Position numbers and translations under genes: made by a program
From: a virus
Taxonomy: Duplodnaviria > Caudoviricetes
Reading direction: 5' to 3' (one strand)
Length of the DNA stretch: 64,000 nucleotides
Virus record (IMG/VR): IMGVR_UViG_3300020049_008087
Location: 21,183 to 85,182 of that record
Shown: one piece after another, positions 54,401-64,000 of the stretch
Layout: the number at the start of each line of letters is the position of its first letter
Position numbering within the stretch: the first letter of the stretch is position 1
The notes under the pieces: model-generated
The model's input: only the letters and a program-made list of their open reading frames with translations
Database searches by the model: none
What the model was told of the DNA's origin: nothing

Positions 54401-55651
54401 TTAATGCCTCAATAGTAATGTACTCAATACGCCTGGATCGTTTGCACTCACATCGCCTTCACCAGGTGCAACTATCACATTGTATTTTAATCCGGTAGTG
54501 CGGCCTTTGGCCATGTACTCATCGTAACTCAATATACTTGATGGACTGATGTTGTATGCTTGAGCCAAACGTTGTTTGATTTCTTTTAATGCGTCAGGGC
54601 TAGCAGGTTGCCAAGCACCACCCTCTGTCTTTTTCAAGTTTCCCTTTTCATCTTTGGCCAACAAGTCATAGAATAACTTCTCAGGAACAATGCGACTGTT
54701 CTTTGTACGTTCTAGCCCCGGGTCTTGCGCTTTAACTTGTTTCTCTTGTGAGGTGTGAGCACCTTCACTCCAGTTGATGATAAAGTTATCTGGCTTCTTG
54801 GCTAGTGCAGCACCAGCCATTTTAGTATAAGCATAGAACTTAACGTTAGGATGTTGTGCAGCCATTTTCAATGCTAAATCTAAATATTCCGGGCTGAAGA
54901 AGTCACCGGCATCATGCCAACGTACTGTTACTTGCCAGCCGTTCTCAAATCCCTTTGAGCCTTTTGCGCCTGCTTGTTCTTCTTTGGTGATCTCTGCACT
55001 CAATTGACTGAAGAATCCAGTTGGATCATTCAACAGATATGTTAGGATTCTGCCGTCACTTAACCAAGCTGCCTTGAATTGTACTTTGCCGCCCTTCATG
55101 GCGAAACAATCAACCTTACATGCGCCTGCTCCAGGGCATGTGTTAACTACAATCAGTTTACCAGTTGATTCGTCTACAGCGATACCAGTTAGAGCAGCGA
55201 AACCCACATTGAAGAACTGTTCAAATTCTCCATTGCTGTGCTTCATCTTCTCATTTTGCTTTAGTAACCGCTTGGGACGCTGGGTCAATGCATTGATGAT
55301 TGCATCTTCTCTGAATTGTTTACCAGCCTCGTCATAGTACTCAATGGCACTACTACGATGAACATATGGTAACTTGTATTTGTCTGTTTTGGTTTTACCT
55401 GTTTTATATGCTTGTACACCCTTGGCACTGACCTTACCTGGAACATCAGTTCCTTTGATACGTGTCATATAGTCTTGAAACTCTTGTCCACCCAGTTCAC
55501 GCTGTGATGCAGGTAACTTTGTGGCTTCATCAACTTCTTGCTGTGCTGTGGAAACAAATTCCTCTGGACTCATAATTTTAATGCCAGTGGCTGCACCTGG
55601 TAAACTTGGCGCCGCCTCTTCGTTCTCTGTTAAAAATTCATGTGCTCTCAT
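54401..55651 (-). CDS. MRAHEF-tagged GP88-like Fe-S/radical-SAM-like protein
   Basis: TCPGAGACKVDCFA (Cx5Cx3C), RWHDAGDF, YAYTK; start moved to MRAHEFLTE, 1 nt after the upstream stop. Confidence 0.65.
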   Translation of the reverse strand: MRAHEFLTENEEAAPSLPGAATGIKIMSPEEFVSTAQQEVDEATKLPASQRELGGQEFQDYMTRIKGTDVPGKVSAKGVQAYKTGKTKTDKYKLPYVHRSSAIEYYDEAGKQFREDAIINALTQRPKRLLKQNEKMKHSNGEFEQFFNVGFAALTGIAVDESTGKLIVVNTCPGAGACKVDCFAMKGGKVQFKAAWLSDGRILTYLLNDPTGFFSQLSAEITKEEQAGAKGSKGFENGWQVTVRWHDAGDFFSPEYLDLALKMAAQHPNVKFYAYTKMAGAALAKKPDNFIINWSEGAHTSQEKQVKAQDPGLERTKNSRIVPEKLFYDLLAKDEKGNLKKTEGGAWQPASPDALKEIKQRLAQAYNISPSSILSYDEYMAKGRTTGLKYNVIVAPGEGDVSANDPGVLSTLLLRH

Positions 55652-55652
55652 A

Positions 55653-56582
55653 TTATTTCTTCTTTGGTACACAGTTGGGCACTGTCTTGCCGTTCTTTTT
55701 CTTGGTGCCCAGTTGTCTGTAATCTTTCCAGCAGGGATCCTCATTGCTTGAATCTTCGCTCACGCCTTTACTTCCATGATTTTTCCATTCTACACCATAA
55801 GCGGTATCTAAGCGTTTTACTTCAGACTTATTCATTGAGGTTAAATCTCTAGCATATTTCTGATTAAATCCAGTTGGATCTTCACCGGCACCATATTTGT
55901 CTGTTGCTTTATGTTTAATTCCACTGGGAGTTTTTGTTACTTCACCTTCCGCCACACCCTCTTTATCACCATAGACAGCAGGCATTGCCTTTTCAAATTT
56001 CTCACGTTCTTCTGCCTGTTTCTTTAACAAGCTGAACAATCTGTCAGCACCCTTTTCAGGATCGTATCCTGCTTTTTTAAGACCCTTGTTGAACTTTTCA
56101 CGGGCAGAGGGTTTTTCTGTTTCGGCTACTGCTTGTTGTCTACCTTCCAAATACTGACGCACTGAGTTCAAATAGTCTGATGCTTTGGTGATCTTGGCCT
56201 GTACCCATCCATCTAGACCTTGCATTTCGCTCACGTTACTCAGCATGTCGCAAATCTGTTTGGCATTTTTAGCTGACTGATATAGATCACCGCGCGCCAT
56301 TTCTACTTCATGGTCTGGTCTTTTGCTGATTAATCCGGGCTTTAATTTATGTCCTTGACCGGGCATGAGTATGAAATCTTCTTCACTCAGTGTTGCTTCG
56401 CTGACTCCCTGGGCTATGCTGCTAATAGCTGCATCTTGCTCGTAGAAGGGTTTTTTAGTAGTTTTACCTTTAAACAAGCTGCCAGTACGTTTTTGCATTT
56501 TGCCCACTGGTTGGGCAACTGATGCCACTGATCCTGAACCAGTAGCGCCTGCAGTCATTTCTGTGATATTTTCTATTTTCAT
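55653..56582 (-). CDS. Modular internal-head-like protein (MKIENITE start; multiple (G/A)V(A/S)E sites)
   Basis: DHEVEMA...WVQAKIT.ASDYL module; DPCWKDY...GK.VPNCVP module. Confidence 0.65.
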   Translation of the reverse strand: MKIENITEMTAGATGSGSVASVAQPVGKMQKRTGSLFKGKTTKKPFYEQDAAISSIAQGVSEATLSEEDFILMPGQGHKLKPGLISKRPDHEVEMARGDLYQSAKNAKQICDMLSNVSEMQGLDGWVQAKITKASDYLNSVRQYLEGRQQAVAETEKPSAREKFNKGLKKAGYDPEKGADRLFSLLKKQAEEREKFEKAMPAVYGDKEGVAEGEVTKTPSGIKHKATDKYGAGEDPTGFNQKYARDLTSMNKSEVKRLDTAYGVEWKNHGSKGVSEDSSNEDPCWKDYRQLGTKKKNGKTVPNCVPKKK

Positions 56583-56653
56583 GATTAATCAAGTCCTATT
56601 GTATATTTATCAGAATTAAATCAAACCTGAAAAAGTATCAGGTAATTGTTTCC

Positions 56654-56689
56654 GTCATAAAAAAGCCCCCTAAGGGACTCTTTTATGAC
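56654..56689 (-). terminator. Probable terminator hairpin after the tail-fibre genes
   Basis: GTCATAAAA...CCC-TAA-GGG...TTTTATGAC imperfect stem. Confidence 0.55.
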
Positions 56690-56701
56690 ATCTTTATACT
56701 A

Positions 56702-59700
56702 TTAGAAGTAGACTTGATACCAACTTGGTATACTGTCAATCACACCCGCATAGACAAATGTCAGTAGCATCCCTGAATTACTAACAGCCGTATCCGCATA
56801 CATAAAGTCATATGTTCCTCCTGTGCCAAACCATAAGCCCGCTTGTTGCCCACTGCCAAAAGTACGAACTCTTTGTCCAGTTGCTGGTTTGTAGATTATT
56901 CTTTTAGTACCTGTAGCGGTGGTTGCTGTGCCTGTGCCAGAACCAGCGCCAGTTGCAACAAAGGTAGCACCCGTGCCGCTATAAGGCGCACCAATTGGCG
57001 TCCAGCTTGTATCGCCTACTGTAAGAATAGTATAACTTTCACCTATTACAAATGAACCTGCATTTACTGTAGTTTGGACTGAGCTTGTTGCAACATTAAA
57101 CACATCACCTACGGCTGGGCTCGGCGGAAATTCAATAACCATATAATTATTGCTGTCAACTTTGCTATCGTTAATCCATAAAGTTTTTGTATTTGGTACT
57201 GCTTGTATACCTAATGCAGTTTGAGAACTTAGAGTAATTGTAGCAATATTATTTTGGTAATCATTAAATGAATCCATAGTACCTGACAATGTATACGCTG
57301 TCCAATCTCCTACCACTGTATTAGAAAATACAACAACATCGGTGTATGGTAACATACCAGAACCAGCAGGATTACCTGCTACCCAAGTCAATGTACCAGA
57401 ACCGTCGTTGTTTAAGTATCCACTGGCATCTGTTGGTAATGTTGTACCTCCACCGCCACCTCCTAGTACACTAGCACCAGTACTATCGTTAATAGTACCG
57501 CCTGCAGGTAATGTTAAGTTACCATTATTGTCAAATGTCCATGCATATTCTGTGCCACCATTTGATCCACCATTATATACTTTTACGTTTGCACCAGCGG
57601 GTGTTGCTTCAAATTGACTGAATACATTCGGTCCATTCATATTGCTTACTGACTGCAATCTTGCAACACCATTGCTGCCGTCATTCATGGCATATAAGTT
57701 TAAATTCCCGCCAAAAGAATAAATTGACGACTCTTTGTAAGATGGTACTTGAAAAGTAGTAGTGTCAAAGGTCCAACTTGTATCAATACCTTCAAAATCT
57801 AATCCAATTCTAAACTCATCTCTTTGAAGTTGTGTTCTTGAGTGAATAGTACCAACACCATCAACCACAATTTGTCTAACCCCGTAATCATCATCTGCGG
57901 CATCAACTGCGGCTATAGTAATATTTTCATCAGCTTTACCGTAGATAGTGCGGTCAGTAGCAAACGTCCAAGTCATGCTATCATTGTTTACTCCGATAAC
58001 TAAGTTGCCATCTGCACTAGCAATGTTAGCATAACTATTACCATTAACTATACTAGTGGGTGGGGTAACCTCGGCACCACCACCAATATTAGTTTTACCA
58101 ACTGTAAGATTACTAGAACTACTGGTTGGGGTAACACTAGTATTAGTTACATTATTAGTTTCTGTGTTGACTGTTGCCGCCACTGAAGTTGTTGATTCAG
58201 TTGTCCAATCTAGAGTTACTGAACTAATGACATATTGACCATAGATGCCATCTGTATTTTCACCATCAATTGGGAAATTGATAACAATACCTACATATTC
58301 CGGTGATGCATTATTGAGATATGAATTGGCTGCTATAGTAACATGTGTACTATTACAATCTATATACTGTGCATCATAGTCATTTTGCGGCCCGATTTCC
58401 CCAGTATTTCCTCCGAAGGTACGAGTAATTCTTTTAGTCCACTCTACACTACCGTCATTACCGCTAATACGTGCAACATACAATGTGTAGTCATTATCTT
58501 CATCAGATGTAAGGATATAGCCGCCATCAGGTGTTGCTGTTCCTCTGAACTCGTTATTCCAACTTGGATTATCGTCAATAGTTACTTGCCATATAATAGA
58601 ACCATCACTGCTATCTATTTTAGTAACAGTACCATTCTCATCTACTGTAATTATGTTACCGTCAGCTAATAAATCAACACTGGTAACATGTCCCCCTGTA
58701 TTATTGGCAGGATCAACATAGACTGCCCATTCTTGATTACCAGCAATGTCGTGCTTAATTACCAATGAGCCTCTGTTGTTACCATTCCACATATAACCCA
58801 CTGCATAATTATCACCTGAACTAGTGTCAACTACTACAGAATGTAATCTATCGTAGTCTGCAAGTCCTATGTTCTTAGACCAACCAGTACCACCAATACG
58901 GCTTATAAATGCTTGATTGTTTAGTTGGTATTCAAATGATAATGAATTGCCAATTTCAGCACCCCAATCTTTACCTCCGGATCCTTGACAGAAAACGTCA
59001 CTGATTGGAGTACCGGTTTTGTTAGATACTGCGGCATCTATGTTGTTGCTATTGTCAGCAAACACTACAGGATCAAAGTCAAATACAAAGTCGTTGACTC
59101 CATCAACGCCACCTAAGTTACTACCTAATACTCTTATTGATTGAGGGCTAGACCAACCACTGATTACACCACTCCAGCCGTTAACTCTAATGATATTATA
59201 TGTACCGCCTTCAACGGCTGATACCTGTATACCAAGTCCACTTCCTGTACCATCAGGACTTGCTGTTACGTAGGTACCATTCATTATAACGTTATAGTAA
59301 CCGCCCACTGTGTAATTTAACTGACTACCTGATTGCACTCCACTAGCATTGAATTCAGTCCAACTTACATATAGTTTGTCAGTAGTACTTGGTGCTAACG
59401 GTGTAAATGTTTTTTGTAAATTTTCGTCATAAGTTTCCCCTACAACCAAAGCATTAACAATGCCGCCGCTTGGATCAACACTGAATACACCGTCATTTAT
59501 CTTCATTCCATTGTCAGAAGTGAATTCAATATTAGTACTTGGTATAATACTACCATCAGCAGGATCAATGAAATATGTAAAGCCCGCATCATTAGTATTA
59601 GTGCCATATCTACCAAGAGCAAGTAAAGTTGGAATGCTAGATACAACAACATATTCCAATGAAACAATTTGAACATATTCAGCATCAATGTTGCCTGATA

Positions 59701-61105
59701 TTATGTTCTTACTCCATTGTTGAACTCCTAAACTATTAAATTTTATAATACCACCATATCGCTTACTCTCGTTATCGTCATAATATGAATAACTGATATA
59801 ACTGTTACCATCACTGTCCATGGCTACTGCTTCCATATCAGCACGCCTATTATCACCAGTATGTACTAGTTCATTAAAGTAACCATATTGTTGTGCTGTT
59901 AAATAAGCAGTAGTTTGTGTAGAACCATCTGGAAATTCTAACCCACCATCTGTACCAAACTTCCAAACACTTACTGTACCTTCGTCGAGACTAGAACCAA
60001 TCTCAACACCTTGTTGAGAATCTGGATTTGAACTATAAAGTCCTGGCAATTTAACATAATTGTAGTCATCACCGAAGAATAAATCAGTTGAACCGTCTTG
60101 TCCTGCTGGACGCATAATGTGTAAGTGTTCTGGCCCACCGACTTCTGGCATTGCTCCAAACTCAATTCCACCTCGGGCAGTTGCCATACTAATAACGCCA
60201 GAACTGTTTACAGTTACGTTGTAGCTTCCTGAGGAGATTTGATTGGTTGCGCCACCACCTCCACCACCACCCAATACACTAGCACCAGTGCTGTCAACGA
60301 TGTCGCCACCAGCTGGTAATTTCAAATCACCTCCACTAAATGTCCAACTACCACTGGTGTTGTGTAGAACAATATTACCCGGAGTACTAATTTCAAATAT
60401 ACCGGTTTCTTGATCTACACTAACATCGCTACCACCGCCTGGACCAGGGAATGTTAGTGTACCACTGTCATTGAATACCAACTCTAGATCACCGCTTACT
60501 AACTTATCTGAAGATCCGCCACCAGGTAAACTTTGATTCTGCCATTTTTCTTGGCTCTGATTCCACGTCAATACTGAGCCATCAACTGGACCTTCTAATT
60601 GTACATCATCTAAATCTGCTAAACTACTTGCACCACCGCCACCAATGTTAGTGATTTCTCCAGCACGAACCTTTGGACGGTAGGGAATCTGTGTCCAATC
60701 ACCTGTATTAAAAGACACAAACGGGTTGGCAACTACTGTAGCCCACATGTTACCAGCTTCTGCTCTGGTCTTATCAGCAGACTCAAATACACCCGCTGTT
60801 TCTACATTAATCTCGTCAATCTCACCATCGTCTAACTCATCTACGCTATACTCAGCGGCTATATAAGAAGAACTGGGAGTTGTACCGGATAGTACTAAGT
60901 AACGAGAGTTGTCAATAACTGTAACATTACTGGCGTTATTACCAAATGTATCTGGATTATTACCATCACGCTCATCAACTTCTTCTACAAAATATGTAGC
61001 TGCTTGTGACAGTCCAGGAATAGCAATAGCTGTTGCTCCTGCTTCTAAATCAAGTCCACCAATGCGTAGTTTTGATTCTTGTATTTCAAATGCTTTATTT
61101 GCCAT
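56702..61105 (-). CDS. Long tail-fibre/structural protein with beta-propeller-like region
   Basis: Gly/Thr/Asn-rich; LxDLxDV...VL.W...KW repeat; W.F...G.L.LP modules; repeated blade-like D..GN.Y...Y/W units. Confidence 0.75.
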   Translation of the reverse strand: MANKAFEIQESKLRIGGLDLEAGATAIAIPGLSQAATYFVEEVDERDGNNPDTFGNNASNVTVIDNSRYLVLSGTTPSSSYIAAEYSVDELDDGEIDEINVETAGVFESADKTRAEAGNMWATVVANPFVSFNTGDWTQIPYRPKVRAGEITNIGGGGASSLADLDDVQLEGPVDGSVLTWNQSQEKWQNQSLPGGGSSDKLVSGDLELVFNDSGTLTFPGPGGGSDVSVDQETGIFEISTPGNIVLHNTSGSWTFSGGDLKLPAGGDIVDSTGASVLGGGGGGGATNQISSGSYNVTVNSSGVISMATARGGIEFGAMPEVGGPEHLHIMRPAGQDGSTDLFFGDDYNYVKLPGLYSSNPDSQQGVEIGSSLDEGTVSVWKFGTDGGLEFPDGSTQTTAYLTAQQYGYFNELVHTGDNRRADMEAVAMDSDGNSYISYSYYDDNESKRYGGIIKFNSLGVQQWSKNIISGNIDAEYVQIVSLEYVVVSSIPTLLALGRYGTNTNDAGFTYFIDPADGSIIPSTNIEFTSDNGMKINDGVFSVDPSGGIVNALVVGETYDENLQKTFTPLAPSTTDKLYVSWTEFNASGVQSGSQLNYTVGGYYNVIMNGTYVTASPDGTGSGLGIQVSAVEGGTYNIIRVNGWSGVISGWSSPQSIRVLGSNLGGVDGVNDFVFDFDPVVFADNSNNIDAAVSNKTGTPISDVFCQGSGGKDWGAEIGNSLSFEYQLNNQAFISRIGGTGWSKNIGLADYDRLHSVVVDTSSGDNYAVGYMWNGNNRGSLVIKHDIAGNQEWAVYVDPANNTGGHVTSVDLLADGNIITVDENGTVTKIDSSDGSIIWQVTIDDNPSWNNEFRGTATPDGGYILTSDEDNDYTLYVARISGNDGSVEWTKRITRTFGGNTGEIGPQNDYDAQYIDCNSTHVTIAANSYLNNASPEYVGIVINFPIDGENTDGIYGQYVISSVTLDWTTESTTSVAATVNTETNNVTNTSVTPTSSSSNLTVGKTNIGGGAEVTPPTSIVNGNSYANIASADGNLVIGVNNDSMTWTFATDRTIYGKADENITIAAVDAADDDYGVRQIVVDGVGTIHSRTQLQRDEFRIGLDFEGIDTSWTFDTTTFQVPSYKESSIYSFGGNLNLYAMNDGSNGVARLQSVSNMNGPNVFSQFEATPAGANVKVYNGGSNGGTEYAWTFDNNGNLTLPAGGTINDSTGASVLGGGGGGTTLPTDASGYLNNDGSGTLTWVAGNPAGSGMLPYTDVVVFSNTVVGDWTAYTLSGTMDSFNDYQNNIATITLSSQTALGIQAVPNTKTLWINDSKVDSNNYMVIEFPPSPAVGDVFNVATSSVQTTVNAGSFVIGESYTILTVGDTSWTPIGAPYSGTGATFVATGAGSGTGTATTATGTKRIIYKPATGQRVRTFGSGQQAGLWFGTGGTYDFMYADTAVSNSGMLLTFVYAGVIDSIPSWYQVYF

Positions 61106-61123
61106 GTTATATTATTCCTTTAA

Positions 61124-63895
61124 TTAATCGTATGTTGACACAAATTGAATTGCGTGTACTCTAACATTCATTGCGTTAGTTGTTTGACTGTTTATTGCTG
61201 TAACTTCAATAGTACCTGCTAGAGTATTGCGAGTCACTGTAAATGTTGCCAATGGAGCAGAACTGGTGTAAACAATACCGTATACACTTATGATTGGTTC
61301 AGCAGCAGTATTGTAAGTTGCGGCAATAGTTGCTTCACACGTTTGGGTATGTCTGACATTGGTAACATCACCGTCTAGTTGACCTTCTGCTGCAATAACT
61401 AGTTTGATACTGGTCAAGTGGTTAGGTGCCGAATAGACAACTGTTGGGGTGGCGCCTGGCACAGTAACACTTGTTGCTGATACAGTTCTTGTAGCATTTT
61501 GTCGTATTTCAGTTGGTGTTACACTGTCAAAAGTTACATTGTCAGTTGTGTTTAGGCTTTGGTCGTATGTTGCACCACCACCTAGTACACTAGTGCCACT
61601 ACTGTTTTTAATATCGCCGCCGGCGGGTAATGTCAAATTACCATCTGCGCCAAATGTCCACTGGTTTGTTCCGGTGTGTAAAGATATTACACCAGGCGTA
61701 GATGCTGAATTACCACTGCGAATTTCAACATTGCTACCAACATATGGTTGTGTTGAATTTCCACCCTTCAATACAAGAGTACCGCCGATTGCACCCCAAC
61801 TTGGGTTACCTATATCAGATCCAGCATCACCTGCAGTGATTGTTAAATTACCACCATTACCAGCATTAAGGCTAGTTGCCGCAATGCCGCCGGTGCCTGC
61901 ACTAATTGTTAACGGAGCACCTGCTGTACCAGGGGTACTAGGGATCACAGCATTTGTACCGTTACCAGCATATACGTTGCTAGTAATTACACTGTTGAAT
62001 GTAACATTGTTAGTTGTATTCAATGATTGGTCAAATATATTAGTTATAGTTGTTACATAACCTTCTGATGTCCAAGGTGTTCCAGTAACAAATCCACTAA
62101 CATCAGGTATTACTGGTGGAGTATATGTAAATACACCAGTTGAGTTATTATAAGATATGTCACCACCGCCACTTGCTGAATTATCAGCACCAACACTAAT
62201 GTCAGTTAATGCAATACCACCACCTGCACCTAATCCACTTAGTATACTTGTACCATTGGCATAGTTAATTTTAGATGTATTAGTTGGTAATGTTAAGTTA
62301 CCATCTGTGCCAAATTTCCATGCATATTGGTCAATGCCGTTTAGTGTGCGGACAAATACAGATTTGATTGATGAGCCTAATACAATACCAGGATCGGCTT
62401 CGCCATTAAAAGTTATAACACCTTCTGGTAACACTATGGTCCCGGGAACTGTTAAGAAACCGTTCGTATCAAATTCCCATTCTGGTGCCGTCGTAGCCGC
62501 GGTATAGTTGCCAGTCTTTAATATGATTGGGAATTCTGGACTGCTGGTTGTTGTACCGGAATAGGAAATTTCAATATATCCGCCAGTAGCAATTATACTT
62601 GTAATCGTTCTTACATCACCATTCTGGAAAGTGATTGTACTGTCAGTGAAATTCGGAGCGCCGCCACCTGGATAATAATATGCAGGGATAATGGTGTTAT
62701 CGTATGCCACATCTACTACTCCGGGAGTGCCTGCCCCTGTTCCTTCATTACTGTCAGTACTAATAGTTCTTGTAGAACCGACTTGGGCAGTATCTACGCC
62801 AGATTTAATCAATAGGCTGTTGGGATTGCTGATAGTATTGTCAGGGAATGTTGTAGTACCATCTGAACCAAATTTCCAAGTAGATGAATGTTCAATACTA
62901 AATTCTTTTAGTAAATCACCGTTACTTGGATTAACTATACCAATTCTTCCTTGATATCTTGGTAATCCAGTAAGAGGATCAGGTGTACCAGGGTCTGCAA
63001 ATGCTTCTATGATTTCTCCTACAGCACTTCGGAAAGGACCATACACAATTCTAACTACAGAACCTAATCCACCTACGTAATTAGCACTAGCAGGATCAAT
63101 TAAATCAAGTACGCTTGCTTCAGGATTTACAATACTAATTTGATTATCATCCACTGTTGAATTTGTGTCAAAATCAACTATGTTAGTAAATTTAATAAAT
63201 CCTGTTTCTGTAGCAGTAATATTAAAATTAGATTTTGATTGAACAGAACTGCCCTCAGGTACAATTAAAGTGCCTGTGCCATTATGATTAAATGTCCAAT
63301 TCTTTTCAGTATCACCTTGTGTAGTTGCAGTTGTAATTTGTACTTCACCGCTCAGTTCACCGGTATTCTTAACTTGACGATTTTCTAAAACAATACCACC
63401 TGGTAATGTTAGTGCACCGGTATTAGTAAAATTAAATTCTACTGCTGGACTTGCGCTAGGACTAAAGTGAATTTTCACATCACCGTTAGTACTAGTCATT
63501 GTAGTATCACTGAATGTAATATTACCTGTACTTGAGCCTGTACTGTCAGTATCGTTGACCCAATTAGTACCGTTATACTTCAACACCTGGCCAGTAGCAG
63601 CACTGGTGATAGTAACATCTGACAAGTCGTCAATAGCAGTAACCAATGAGGGCTTACCAGTTAAACTATCATATGTTCCATCAGGTATAGAGGGCTTGTT
63701 AGTTAAGTCATTGTAATCACCACTGAAATTAACATCACCAGCACTGTATGCCAATGCTGTCCATGCAGTTGTGCCGTCACCGTATTTTATTTTTCTTGTA
63801 TTGGTTTCTATGCCTGGTTCGCCCAGTGCCAGTACTGGATTTGATGCTGTCCAGTTTGCTGCAGTATCGCGTCTTAGTCTGATTTGTGTTGCCAT
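61124..63895 (-). CDS. Tail-fibre protein with Mtd_N (major tropism determinant N-terminal) domain
   Basis: MATQIRLRRDTAANW...NPVLA.GE.G.ET...KIK.GDG.TAW..L; repeated W.F..DG.L.LP modules. Confidence 0.85.
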   Translation of the reverse strand: MATQIRLRRDTAANWTASNPVLALGEPGIETNTRKIKYGDGTTAWTALAYSAGDVNFSGDYNDLTNKPSIPDGTYDSLTGKPSLVTAIDDLSDVTITSAATGQVLKYNGTNWVNDTDSTGSSTGNITFSDTTMTSTNGDVKIHFSPSASPAVEFNFTNTGALTLPGGIVLENRQVKNTGELSGEVQITTATTQGDTEKNWTFNHNGTGTLIVPEGSSVQSKSNFNITATETGFIKFTNIVDFDTNSTVDDNQISIVNPEASVLDLIDPASANYVGGLGSVVRIVYGPFRSAVGEIIEAFADPGTPDPLTGLPRYQGRIGIVNPSNGDLLKEFSIEHSSTWKFGSDGTTTFPDNTISNPNSLLIKSGVDTAQVGSTRTISTDSNEGTGAGTPGVVDVAYDNTIIPAYYYPGGGAPNFTDSTITFQNGDVRTITSIIATGGYIEISYSGTTTSSPEFPIILKTGNYTAATTAPEWEFDTNGFLTVPGTIVLPEGVITFNGEADPGIVLGSSIKSVFVRTLNGIDQYAWKFGTDGNLTLPTNTSKINYANGTSILSGLGAGGGIALTDISVGADNSASGGGDISYNNSTGVFTYTPPVIPDVSGFVTGTPWTSEGYVTTITNIFDQSLNTTNNVTFNSVITSNVYAGNGTNAVIPSTPGTAGAPLTISAGTGGIAATSLNAGNGGNLTITAGDAGSDIGNPSWGAIGGTLVLKGGNSTQPYVGSNVEIRSGNSASTPGVISLHTGTNQWTFGADGNLTLPAGGDIKNSSGTSVLGGGATYDQSLNTTDNVTFDSVTPTEIRQNATRTVSATSVTVPGATPTVVYSAPNHLTSIKLVIAAEGQLDGDVTNVRHTQTCEATIAATYNTAAEPIISVYGIVYTSSAPLATFTVTRNTLAGTIEVTAINSQTTNAMNVRVHAIQFVSTYD

Positions 63896-63896
63896 T

Positions 63897-64000
63897 TTAT
63901 GAATTGCCCCCGTCTAATATGGTTGTGTATTGCGTAGTGGCATCGCCGCCGTCTGCACTATTTATCGCTATTTGTGTGGTCAGTGCGGTCAGTGCATCTG
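63897..64000 (-). CDS. 3' end of an upstream structural gene (...SADGGDATTQYTTILDGGNS), partial
   Basis: Manual translation; open frame to the right edge; DGG repeats. Confidence 0.6.
   Translation of the reverse strand, partial: DALTALTTQIAINSADGGDATTQYTTILDGGNS

Noticed and set aside
7745-62954. Numerous opposite-strand or alternate-frame ORFs in the track (e.g. 7745..8227, 10823..11347, 14404..15006, 46873..47382, 61449..62060)
   Set aside because: They shadow well-supported genes, have no RBS or motifs, and show antisense-type composition.
61124-63895. Diversity-generating retroelement suggested by the Mtd_N domain
   Set aside because: No reverse transcriptase and no adenine-variable TR/VR pair seen in this window. 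Mtd_N is a common fibre anchor domain.
1-64000. tRNA genes (expected near tilS in large phages)
   Set aside because: No T-loop/cloverleaf pattern found in intergenic gaps by eye. tRNAscan-SE would be needed to exclude them.

Overview
This window is a 64-kb internal segment of a large AT-rich T4-like (jumbo-type) dsDNA phage. Genes are densely packed and nearly all on the minus strand. The host is probably a proteobacterium (inference from the ClpP/ClpX, desaturase and Dps types). Layout from left to right: (0.1-3.8 kb) an array of tiny paralogous genes; (4-12 kb) a proteostasis module with clpP, clpS, hsp20 and clpX; two lipoproteins, an HNH nuclease, a membrane protein and DNA ligase; (19-22 kb) early genes behind near-identical consensus sigma70 promoters; (24.4-27.9 kb) a second array of about 14 small paralogues ending in LRW; T4 RNase H-like exonuclease and UV endonuclease; (32-41 kb) a 7-deazaguanine DNA-modification cluster (glycosyltransferase, queE, PRTase, queD, cytidylyltransferase, folE, DpdL-like, DpdA-like) running directly into the sliding clamp and family B DNA polymerase; tilS; (45.9-56.6 kb) eight unrelated proteins sharing an N-terminal MRAxEF(V/I/L)xE tag that resembles the T4 capsid-targeting sequence; two long tail-fibre-like genes. 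The most unusual signals are four. (1) A conserved, covarying structured element of about 80 bp, bracketed by inverted late-promoter motifs, sits in front of three otherwise dissimilar GIY-YIG endonucleases. (2) The MRAxEF-tagged cargo cluster. (3) An HNH gene has duplicated the first 43 bp of queE. (4) The deazaguanine cluster carries extra enzymes. I found no tRNA, CRISPR array or reverse transcriptase by eye. All calls come from visual motif recognition without database searches. Several ORF-track starts were shortened to the start supported by an RBS or gene overlap.
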